This document shows, in pieces, positions 56,104 through 64,000 of a stretch of DNA of 64,000 nucleotides. Origin of the DNA: an uncultured cyanobacterium (GTDB taxonomy: Bacteria > Cyanobacteriota > Cyanobacteriia > PCC-9006 > JAAUQQ01); contig OY970368.1 in the NCBI GenBank assembly GCA_963718615.1, positions 2,976,001-3,040,000 on the forward strand. Direction: 5' to 3'. Made by a program: the position numbers and the translations under genes. The first letter of the stretch is position 1. Each line of letters begins with the position of its first letter. Below the pieces are notes generated by a model. It was given only the letters and a program-made list of their open reading frames with translations, was not told the origin of the DNA and searched no databases.

Positions 56104-58636
56104 AGCGATTTCGTTGACTGAGAAACTGGATGGTATTCCATGCCCTGAGCAGGTTGCCTTGCATTAGACCAATAACACCATCCAAGACTCGAATTTCGAA
56201 TTGCTGGGGGGCGATCGCCTGGGCAGGCTCCAAGGCTCGCGCTGCCGCCCTCGGTTGAAAACCGTAGAGATGCACAAAGGCGAGATAGGCATGGGCAAAG
56301 GGGTTATCGGGATCCAATTGGGTAACCCTTTCGAGAGCGGCGATCGCCCCTGGAATATCCTGCTGTAAAATCTGAGCCAAGGCTAAGGCATAGGCATTGT
56401 TGAGATGATTAGGGTCTTGGGTTAGGCGATACCGCAGCGAAAGTTCCGCCTGTTTCAAATAATCCGGGCTGGGAACGATTTGGTTCACCCGAGAAATTGC
56501 CTCGAACGTAGGGCCAAAGACGGCAGGCCCCCCCGGCATTGACTTTGCCCAAGTGCGGAGTTGGGTCAGCCAATCCAGTTCGGGGGCGACGCTTGCAGGA
56601 GCCGCAGGATTCAAGGTCAGCGTTGTTTTAGGAATCGTCAGGAGCTGCGTTTGACCATTGTTGCGATCGAGATAGGCAGCCCATAGCTGATATTCGCCCA
56701 AAGGTCCTTCCGGTAGCATCGCTAGGCGCTCGGTCAAGATCACCACTTCATCTGGAGATTGGTCCGGCGCAACCAGCAGTTGCCCCAGGGCTGGAGCGTG
56801 GTCATGAATCCAGCGATCGCCCCGCCCCGACTGCCAGCTCAGAGCCAAAATACCGTTTTGCAAAGCCCGCAGCGAACCCGACCAGCGATAGGTCACCGCC
56901 ACGGGCTGATTGGGCGGTACCTGGGCAGGCACATTCACCGACAGCAACTGAACCCCTGAGGGCGTATTGGCTGGGGCCGGTTCAAGGGTGAACGGAGGCT
57001 GAGTCCGGTGCCAAAGCTTGACGGTACTGCTATCGGGCAAGGGCCACTGGCCAGCGACGGCAAACTCAGGACTGGTTTCGACGGTATAAACCATGAGTGG
57101 CTGGGAGTCGGGGATGGAGCCCTGGCCACCGGTTTTGGTCAGAAACCATTCGAGGGACCGCCCATCCTGCTCGACAAATTCTTCCTGGGTCCCCACTTGC
57201 CGTCCGGCTACTCGGAAATTCGCCAAATTGCCGTAGAGGCTGAGATTATGTTGGTTGACCGCTGGTGTTGAGGGTAAAACGCCGAGGGTCGACCGGAGAT
57301 TGGGTTCGGTGGTAACGATGGTTTCGATGATTTGACGATGGGGCCAAGTCTGGCCAATCTGGGGCCATGGAGGTTGGGCAGGACCGAGTCGGGAACCCAG
57401 GGCTGCTCCCAGCGGATTAGGAATGAATAACAACAATAGGGAAAGGACGATCGCCCCCAGGGGAATCCAACGCAGCCGCCAAGACCAGAGGTTTAGTCCT
57501 GCGGCCAAGAGCAGCGAGATCGCGGGTAAATAGGGCACGATATAGCGTGCATCCTTATTGGGATTGAGGCTACAGAAGACGTAGGCCCCCAGGATAAACA
57601 GCAACAACCAAAGAACTGCGGGAAGGATGGATTGCTTGTTAGCCGTTGTCGGCACCGTCTTCGGCACCGTCTTCGGCACTGTTTTCGTCACCGTCTTTGC
57701 CTGCCAGCGACGGAGGATGGCTCGAATCAGCCAAAACAAAACCCCGGCGATCGCCGCCAACCCAATAGGCCAAGTCACCTGCTGAGGTAATTGTTGTAGG
57801 TAATACAACCAAGCCGCCGGACTCCACAGCGACGGATCACCCTCCTTGATCGCCGAATCCACCGTGGCCCGCTTACTAGAGGTCAAAATCAACAGCCAGT
57901 TGGTCATCACCCAGGGGCGAATCACCAGCAAAGCCGTAATCCCACAGGCCAGTCCCTGCAACAGCCGCTGCCCGTTCAACTGCCAAAGCGCTTTTAATCC
58001 CATGGCCAGCAGCGGGACCAGCAAAAACAGCAGCGCTGTCTGCTTAGTCAAAATCGAGAGACCCAGACATAATCCCGTGGCGATCGCCCGAGGCCAAGCC
58101 CAGCGCCAATCTCGGCTGCGTGCCCAGCTCGTCATCAGCAAAAACGTAAACGTCACCATGGCCGCGACGGGATAGTCCAGTAAATATTCCAGCCGTAGCG
58201 GATACAGTCCTGGTAAAACTGCACAGATCGCCGCTGCCCACAGTCCCACAGAGCGACTAAAGAGAATTTTCCCTAACCCGTAAACCCCACTTAAGAGCAG
58301 CGCACTGTAAATGAGCTGGACCAGCATGGCGGTATCGGGACTGGGGCCAAAGAGTTGAAAAAACGGCAGCGTCAGCCCATAGGTCAAGGGGGGAATCTTC
58401 GGGGCAGCCGACCAAAACTGCTGCCACCAGTCAGGGCTGAACCGATCGCCCAAGCCCCACAACCGCCAATATTCCAGTGCCCCATTGAGGTAGTCCGCTT
58501 GATCCCAGGCGGGCATCGACTGATCTAACGCCAGCCACAGGCGATCGCCCAGGGCGCTGAGCAACCAAAGTCCCAGCAAAATCCAAAGGGGTTGGGCGAA
58601 CCATCGCCGAGTTTCTTGCCGTGTCACTTTACTCAC
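56102..58636 (-). CDS. ArnT/GT39-like lipid-carrier-dependent glycosyltransferase with C-terminal TPR
   Basis: PAWDQADYL, KIPPLTY, multiple TM helices, NKDARY and C-terminal TPRs. Confidence 0.82.
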   Translation of the reverse strand: MSKVTRQETRRWFAQPLWILLGLWLLSALGDRLWLALDQSMPAWDQADYLNGALEYWRLWGLGDRFSPDWWQQFWSAAPKIPPLTYGLTLPFFQLFGPSPDTAMLVQLIYSALLLSGVYGLGKILFSRSVGLWAAAICAVLPGLYPLRLEYLLDYPVAAMVTFTFLLMTSWARSRDWRWAWPRAIATGLCLGLSILTKQTALLFLLVPLLAMGLKALWQLNGQRLLQGLACGITALLVIRPWVMTNWLLILTSSKRATVDSAIKEGDPSLWSPAAWLYYLQQLPQQVTWPIGLAAIAGVLFWLIRAILRRWQAKTVTKTVPKTVPKTVPTTANKQSILPAVLWLLLFILGAYVFCSLNPNKDARYIVPYLPAISLLLAAGLNLWSWRLRWIPLGAIVLSLLLLFIPNPLGAALGSRLGPAQPPWPQIGQTWPHRQIIETIVTTEPNLRSTLGVLPSTPAVNQHNLSLYGNLANFRVAGRQVGTQEEFVEQDGRSLEWFLTKTGGQGSIPDSQPLMVYTVETSPEFAVAGQWPLPDSSTVKLWHRTQPPFTLEPAPANTPSGVQLLSVNVPAQVPPNQPVAVTYRWSGSLRALQNGILALSWQSGRGDRWIHDHAPALGQLLVAPDQSPDEVVILTERLAMLPEGPLGEYQLWAAYLDRNNGQTQLLTIPKTTLTLNPAAPASVAPELDWLTQLRTWAKSMPGGPAVFGPTFEAISRVNQIVPSPDYLKQAELSLRYRLTQDPNHLNNAYALALAQILQQDIPGAIAALERVTQLDPDNPFAHAYLAFVHLYGFQPRAAARALEPAQAIAPQQFEIRVLDGVIGLMQGNLLRAWNTIQFLSQRNR
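57649..57696. repeat. 12-bp tandem repeat x4 encoding KTVP/KTVT
   Basis: TCGGCACCGTCT-type units read directly. Confidence 0.8.
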
Positions 58637-58693
58637 AGGCCCACTTCCCGAGTCTCGTAGATGCCCCTAGCCAATGAGGGGAGAATGCAAAAA

Positions 58694-59161
58694 TCACTCT
58701 ACCGCTTCGAGCGATCGCTGCATCTTGAGATGTTCGATTCCTGCTTCCCAAAAGGGTTCCCCCTGGGGGATGAAGTCGAGGCGGTCGTACAGGGGTTGAA
58801 TATAGCGTTGGGCGTGGACGATGACGGTTTGGATCCCTTGCGATCGCAATTCTTCTAGAGCTACAACCATTAATTGATGAGCAATGCCTTGGCGACGGTA
58901 GGCGGCTAGGACCGCAAGACGCTCGATTTTAGCAAGGGTTCCATCAAGGCAACGGAGGCGCAGCGTCGCGACAGCCTGCTGATCGACATAGGCCAGTAAA
59001 TGCTGAGCGGTTGGATCCTGGCCATCAATATCGAGCGATTCCGGCACGTTTTGCTCTTGCGAAAAAACGCGGCGACGGATGCTTTGGATGGCAGCGGCCT
59101 CAGTGGCATAGTTGGCGATCTGGATCTGGAGTGACATCTGGAGTGACATAGGGCAAGGCAT
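58694..59161 (-). CDS. GNAT N-acetyltransferase (ElaA/YjcF-like)
   Basis: IRRRVFSQEQ, KIERLAVLAAYRRQGIA and EAGIEHLKM. Start may be 59149 or 59137. Confidence 0.88.
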   Translation of the reverse strand: MPCPMSLQMSLQIQIANYATEAAAIQSIRRRVFSQEQNVPESLDIDGQDPTAQHLLAYVDQQAVATLRLRCLDGTLAKIERLAVLAAYRRQGIAHQLMVVALEELRSQGIQTVIVHAQRYIQPLYDRLDFIPQGEPFWEAGIEHLKMQRSLEAVE

Positions 59162-59285
59162 GACACCACTCTATAATCTCTGGATAATCCCTAACTGAAG
59201 CACCAACTGCTTCCCCATCGTGACGCCATTCGGTAAAATGGGGACCAACAGAAACCTCTTTAACAAAATATCTGAGGGAAAACCA

Positions 59286-59405
59286 ATGGACTGGCGCGTT
59301 CTGCTTGTGCTTGCACCCATCCTCCTCGCTGGCGGCTGGGCTGTTTTCAATATCGGTAAAGCTGCTCTAGGACAACTTCAAGGGATGTTGGACCGTCGCG
59401 CCTAG
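59286..59405 (+). CDS. psbY: photosystem II protein Y
   Basis: [32 protein letters not shown]; GAGG RBS. Confidence 0.93.
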   Translation: MDWRVLLVLAPILLAGGWAVFNIGKAALGQLQGMLDRRA

Positions 59406-59454
59406 AATCGGACCAATAATCGGGCCAATAGGCCAATAATTGGGCCAACAAACC

Positions 59455-59492
59455 AAAGAGCGATCGCTTCATTCGGGGGCGATCGCTCTTTT
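59455..59492. terminator. bidirectional terminator built from two HIP1 sites
   Basis: AAAGAGCGATCGC...GCGATCGCTCTTTT between convergent genes. Confidence 0.7.
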
Positions 59493-59522
59493 CATTCGAG
59501 GGTTGTCTGAGGCAGGGGTTCT

Positions 59523-60512
59523 CTACAGCGCTTGCAACAACGCTTTGGTATCCGCTGTAGCCATGCGTGCACCTAGATGGGTCACCAGCTTCGCTGCGGC
59601 CAAAGACCCCAATCGTCCTGCATCGGCCCAGCTCAATCCATTGGTAATGCCGTAGAGCACGGCTCCAGCGTACATATCTCCGGCTCCCACCGTGTCAATA
59701 GCCTTGACCGGGTGCGGCGCGATTTCAATCAGGTTTTCTCCGTCAAAGATCACGGACCCCTGGGCACCACGGGTAATGGCAAAGGTTTTCGCCAGGGGTT
59801 TGAGGGCGGCGATCGCCTCCTTCAAATCCGTTGTTCCTGCCATTTCCAGTGCCTCGCTCTCATTGGCAAACAGCAAATCTACCCCCGGCCCAATCATCTC
59901 CAAGAGTCCTTCCTTAAAGAACTTGGTCATATTGAAATCCGACAGCGTCAATGCAGCTTTTTGACCCGCAGCTTGGGCCATTTCGCGGGCTTTGATCGCG
60001 GCTTGACGGGCAGCCTCTCCAGTAACGAGGTAGCCTTCGATATAGGTGTAGGTGGAATCGGCGATCGCCTCCGGCACCAGTTCCTGTTCAGAAAATCCAC
60101 CGGAAATTCCTAGGAACGTATTCATCGTGCGATCGGCATCCGGCGTCACAAACACCAGGCACTTGCCCGTAATGCCGGATTCTGGTTCGTGGGTTTGGAG
60201 ATTCGTCCCAACGCCGCAACGAACCAAATCATCAAAATAAAATTGACCCGGCTCATCATTGGCGACTTTGCAGGAGTAGTAGGCTTTGCCGCCAAACTGG
60301 CTAACCGCAATAATCGTATTCGCCGCCGAGCCCCCGGAAGAGCGCTTGGTGGAATGGTCTGAGAGTCGCGCCAGAATGTTGTTTTGGCTCTCCTCATCCA
60401 GGAGGGTCATGACGCCCTTATCAATTCCCAGCTCCTGAAGCCATTCGGGAGTCACCTCGCATTCAATATCGAGTAGGGCATTGCCAAGGCCGTAGACATC
60501 GTAGCGCGCCAT
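59523..60512 (-). CDS. PfkB-family carbohydrate/adenosine kinase
   Basis: Motifs GGSAANT, DADRTMNTFLG, FANESE and DTVGAGDMYAG. Confidence 0.9.
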   Translation of the reverse strand: MARYDVYGLGNALLDIECEVTPEWLQELGIDKGVMTLLDEESQNNILARLSDHSTKRSSGGSAANTIIAVSQFGGKAYYSCKVANDEPGQFYFDDLVRCGVGTNLQTHEPESGITGKCLVFVTPDADRTMNTFLGISGGFSEQELVPEAIADSTYTYIEGYLVTGEAARQAAIKAREMAQAAGQKAALTLSDFNMTKFFKEGLLEMIGPGVDLLFANESEALEMAGTTDLKEAIAALKPLAKTFAITRGAQGSVIFDGENLIEIAPHPVKAIDTVGAGDMYAGAVLYGITNGLSWADAGRLGSLAAAKLVTHLGARMATADTKALLQAL

Positions 60513-60621
60513 AAACGTTCCTCTAACCGTGATAGGTCTTGATATAGGTCTTAAAGCAGGTGTTCTTGATCATCAAAATTGATGACCAAAACAGAAGGGT
60601 CTCAACGGACCCTTCTCATTA

Positions 60622-61836
60622 CTACTGAGCTAGGCTCATTTGGGCCAGTGCAGTGTTTTGGTAGTAGTACCCCAAAATTTGCTGATAGGATTGCCCCTGT
60701 TTGGCCATACCCAGCGCTCCGTACTGGCTCATGCCGATGCCGTGACCAAACCCCCGACCTTGAAACACAAACGTCGTATTGCTGGCTTTGGTACCCCCTT
60801 GGGGCACGACGCTAAACAAAGTGCTGCGCAGATCTAGGGCTTGGCGCACTTTGGTTGCTGAAACCGTTCGGCTGCCTTGCTCACCCTGAATCCGGACTGT
60901 TTTTAGTCGTCCTGTAGGACTCGTGACAGCAGGGGCGATCGCAACAATATTGCCAATCCCAGAGACTTCAGAACCCAAGTAAGATGCAATCTTACTCGTG
61001 AGCTGTTGGCCCGTAAACTGTTTGCTCCAGCTAAACACCGGAGCCTCTTGGTCATAGTCGGGAACACCGCGCAGATAGGGCAGCGGCGAAGACCAAACAT
61101 CTTCAGAGTTTTCCGTGTGCCCCCCGGAAGAGGAGTGAAAAACCGCTTCGATCACCTGACCGCTGTAGGTCAAGATCTGGCCCGCTGTGCTCTTGACTGC
61201 GGTTCGGGTTGAGTCGGTTTCTGCGGCTGCGCCTTTATACACCTGGGAGGCCGTTGTGTCGCTCACGTCAAATAGACTACCGGTTTTGGTATCCCGTTTC
61301 TTAAGGGCATAGGAACGCGCCGCAACTGCTTGGGATTTGAGGGCTTCCTGGGGCCAACTCGGCGGCATTTCGCTGGCGACAACACTGTAAAGATATTCTT
61401 CGACATCGACATAGTTAACAGCGGTCAGCCCTTGGCCCTTGGGCGTCAGGAGGACCTTGCCGCGATACCAGCGATCGCCAATCCAAATCAGCCCATCTCC
61501 ACTAGGCTCCACCCAGACCTGGCTACCATTCCAAGGTCCAAGGGTCACTTGCCCCCGCTGTACCTGAGCATTATTGCCGGTCATAGCCTGGAGTCGACCG
61601 AGGACCTGGCCCGAGGTGTTCTTGATGATGGCGGTTGTGGAAGCACCGACCTGAACCTGGCTGGCATTTTCTTCGACCGCGACCCGCATATCCAGGGCTT
61701 GGGCTGGAGCTGCAACGAGCAGAAAAACGAGTACACCGAGCCAACGCAGTTTAGAGAACGCGGAGGATTGAAACAGGAGTGAAAGCAGACGGTGTCCCTG
61801 ACCAACGGAACCCGCCATTGCAGTTGCAGCGGTCAT
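60622..61836 (-). CDS. SpoIID/LytB domain protein
   Basis: EEYLYSVVASEMP.SWPQEALKSQAVAARSYA, SQVYKG and GFGHGIGMSQYGA. Confidence 0.93.
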   Translation of the reverse strand: MTAATAMAGSVGQGHRLLSLLFQSSAFSKLRWLGVLVFLLVAAPAQALDMRVAVEENASQVQVGASTTAIIKNTSGQVLGRLQAMTGNNAQVQRGQVTLGPWNGSQVWVEPSGDGLIWIGDRWYRGKVLLTPKGQGLTAVNYVDVEEYLYSVVASEMPPSWPQEALKSQAVAARSYALKKRDTKTGSLFDVSDTTASQVYKGAAAETDSTRTAVKSTAGQILTYSGQVIEAVFHSSSGGHTENSEDVWSSPLPYLRGVPDYDQEAPVFSWSKQFTGQQLTSKIASYLGSEVSGIGNIVAIAPAVTSPTGRLKTVRIQGEQGSRTVSATKVRQALDLRSTLFSVVPQGGTKASNTTFVFQGRGFGHGIGMSQYGALGMAKQGQSYQQILGYYYQNTALAQMSLAQ

Positions 61837-62358
61837 AGAATCTCCCTATAGAAAGACGCAAAAAAGACAGGAAAAACTTGGCGTTAACGCAGTTCAACAG
61901 CTTGACGCTGAGTCTGGAATGCAGCGATTCAAGCGCTACAGTTGTTTGCGTTACCCTGTTCTAGCGGACGCAGAAGTTGCAAGTTCAGTTCCACTCCTGT
62001 TGAGGATTTGCATATCGGATGGCATATCGGATTTGTATAGTTCGCGATCGCACGAGTAACCACACTACCCTAAAACTTGCTCGGCTCAGGATCAGAATGC
62101 CCCTGGGAGACTAGATTATCGCCTAGGGAGAATATTGCAATGTTGCCCCTAGGGCAATTCACCAAATCTTTATGGGGTACGGCCTGGGAATAAACAAGCC
62201 CTAAACAAGCTCGGGACGAACAAGCTCGGGACGAACAGGTTAGGATGGTCAAGGGTTGGGCAGTCTTGGGCCTAGACCCGAAAAATGCCAAGGCAAAACG
62301 CCCAGATAAAACGCCCAGATAAAACGCCAAGACCATTCGCTCGCTCGGGACATTTGCT

Positions 62359-63291
62359 GTGCAGCTCACGTTTTTAGGAACCAGTTCAGGGGTACCAACC
62401 CGCGCCCGCAATGTCTCGGCGATCGCCCTGCGACTTCCCCAACGGGCAGAGGTCTGGCTGTTTGACTGCGGCGAGGGAACCCAGCACCAGTTTTTACGCA
62501 GCGATTTGCGAGTGGGCCAACTGCGCCGGATTTTCGTGACCCATATGCATGGAGACCACACATTTGGATTAATGGGTCTCTTGGCAAGCTGCGGTTTGGC
62601 AGGCAATCCCGAGCGGATCGATATCTATGGCCCTCGCCCCCTCAATGACTATCTCAAAGCCTGTGGACTCCATTCCCAAACCTATTTTTCCTATCCACTT
62701 AAGGTCCATGGCGTGAAGCCAGGGCTGTTATTTGAGGATGAAGATTATCGGGTACATTGTGGCCCGCTCAAACACCGGGTTCCAGCTTTTGGTTATCGGG
62801 TAGAAGAGAAGGACAAACCGGGGCGGTTTGACTTGGCCAAGGCTCAGGCCCTCGGAATTCCGCCTGGACCGGTTTACGGGGAGCTCAAAGCCGGTAAAAC
62901 GGTCACGCTAGAGGACGGTCGAATGATTCGGGGCACGGAACTCTGCGGACCAATCCGCCCAGGTCGGACGCTGGTTTACTGTACGGACACGGTTTTTTGT
63001 GAGGAGGCGGTTGAGCTGGCCCAGGGGGCAGATGTGCTGATCCACGAGGCGACGTTTGCTCACCAGGATGCAGAACTGGCCTTTCAGCGGCTCCACTCCA
63101 CTTCGACGATGGCGGCCCAAGTGGCCCTCGCCGCAGGCGTTAAGCAATTGATCATGACCCACTTCAGTCCTCGCTACGCCCCTGGCAACGCGCTGACGTT
63201 GGACAATCTGCGGGAAGAAGCCCAGGCGATTTTTCCCAACACGCTGTTGGCCCACGACTTTATGAGCTATGAAATTCCGTCCGCCGATTGA
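62359..63291 (+). CDS. rnz: ribonuclease Z
   Basis: Motifs [30 protein letters not shown] and THFSPRY; GTG start. Confidence 0.96.
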   Translation: MQLTFLGTSSGVPTRARNVSAIALRLPQRAEVWLFDCGEGTQHQFLRSDLRVGQLRRIFVTHMHGDHTFGLMGLLASCGLAGNPERIDIYGPRPLNDYLKACGLHSQTYFSYPLKVHGVKPGLLFEDEDYRVHCGPLKHRVPAFGYRVEEKDKPGRFDLAKAQALGIPPGPVYGELKAGKTVTLEDGRMIRGTELCGPIRPGRTLVYCTDTVFCEEAVELAQGADVLIHEATFAHQDAELAFQRLHSTSTMAAQVALAAGVKQLIMTHFSPRYAPGNALTLDNLREEAQAIFPNTLLAHDFMSYEIPSAD

Positions 63292-63624
63292 CGGAGCGTT
63301 AGGCGCAGGTGCCGATATTCCTCACCAAATCCAGTAAAACTACGTACGTCAAATCTCCTGGTTTTTCTAGGGATGAGAAAGAATTCATCTGTCTTTGCTT
63401 CTCGCTGTAAATACTGAGAAGAAAGTGTATTTATTGACAGTAAAACTGGCGATCGCCACGGTGCCATGACAAGCTAGGTCCATCGCAATAAAGCACCTAT
63501 TCAAGCTTTGGACGCGCGAGAATACGGATTGTAGTCGATCAATTTTGACCGAAATTGCAAGGCTAGACTCTGTATTTATCGCTACGACACTCCAAGCATC
63601 GGCATTTTGAGGAGAAGTTGAGTT

Positions 63625-64000
63625 ATGGTGTCCGGTTCTAGGTCTTCCCAAGTTTCCTATAGCAGCCCCTTTGTGCGGGAGCAGGCGATCGCCCTACGCA
63701 AACGGGCTGAGCTCAAAGCCTCAGAGCGAGCGGCCTCACGGGCTGCTGCCATCGCCAAAAGCGCTGAAGCGGAGCAGGCTCCCAAAAATGTGATGGAAGT
63801 GCTGGTTGAATCCGAAATTGAAGCCCAGCTTGAGCATTTGTCGCCTAAAGAGCGGGCGACGGTTAAAGCTCCTCAGATTATGGCCTACGCCCTCAATCGC
63901 TTACCGGGACTCTATGTGACCAGCGAAAAAGGCTGGGAACGTCAGTGGAATCAGGGCCAAAGCCGCTTGGCAAAGGAAATCAAAACAGCAGTTCGCCAGG
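63625..64000 (+). CDS. ComFB-family (late competence) domain protein, partial at window end
   Basis: Translated by hand from ATG 63625: ...KNVMEVLVESEI...MAYALNRLPGLYVTSEKGW...; GAGGAG RBS upstream; absent from the ORF track. Confidence 0.85.
   Translation, partial: MVSGSRSSQVSYSSPFVREQAIALRKRAELKASERAASRAAAIAKSAEAEQAPKNVMEVLVESEIEAQLEHLSPKERATVKAPQIMAYALNRLPGLYVTSEKGWERQWNQGQSRLAKEIKTAVRQ

Larger units (their letters stand above)
1..64000. repeat. HIP1 octamer GCGATCGC, dispersed
   Basis: Very frequent throughout the window; not seen inside the IS or between about 27430 and 30310. Confidence 0.95.

Noticed and set aside
63334-63347. GTA-N8-TAC upstream of the ComFB gene
   Set aside because: No TAnnnT at the expected distance; a chance match is likely.

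Overview
This is a cyanobacterial chromosomal window, shown by dense HIP1 GCGATCGC sites, pcyA, psbY and cyanobacterial-type LexA boxes. Housekeeping genes flank a visibly AT-richer accessory block at about 14.2-30.8 kb. The left flank carries ggt, argF, lexA, a UvrD helicase, tatA, pcyA and ppk2; the right flank carries chrA, psbY, a PfkB kinase, spoIID/lytB, rnz and a ComFB-family gene. The accessory block is the best candidate for an undescribed system. It has five Cys-free-core, Ser/Thr/Asn/Ala-rich small proteins sharing an MxIxDLx(F/Y)...GG/GA double-glycine-type leader, a PpiC-type chaperone, a TPR-GT41 glycosyltransferase, an SDR-TPR-GT2-GT2 fusion, a CDP-branched-sugar cassette and a PEP-CTERM-like protein. 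A repeated palindrome, TGCCA-N3-TGGCA, links the peptide, chaperone and GT41 genes; in three of four copies it lies exactly 22 nt before a -10 box. I interpret the block, by inference, as a glycosylated leader-exported fibre or glyco-RiPP system whose peptidase-ABC exporter lies outside the window. Also present are an FHA-FHA-CHAT-DUF928 module, yefM-yoeB with its operator, an IS605-type element (intact tnpB, frameshifted tnpA), a wza/GT4/wzc/hepC-like EPS locus with a perfect CRP-type box, and an RND permease carrying a LysM insertion. I saw no rRNA, tRNA or CRISPR array. All calls are from motif recognition by eye; no database searches were run.
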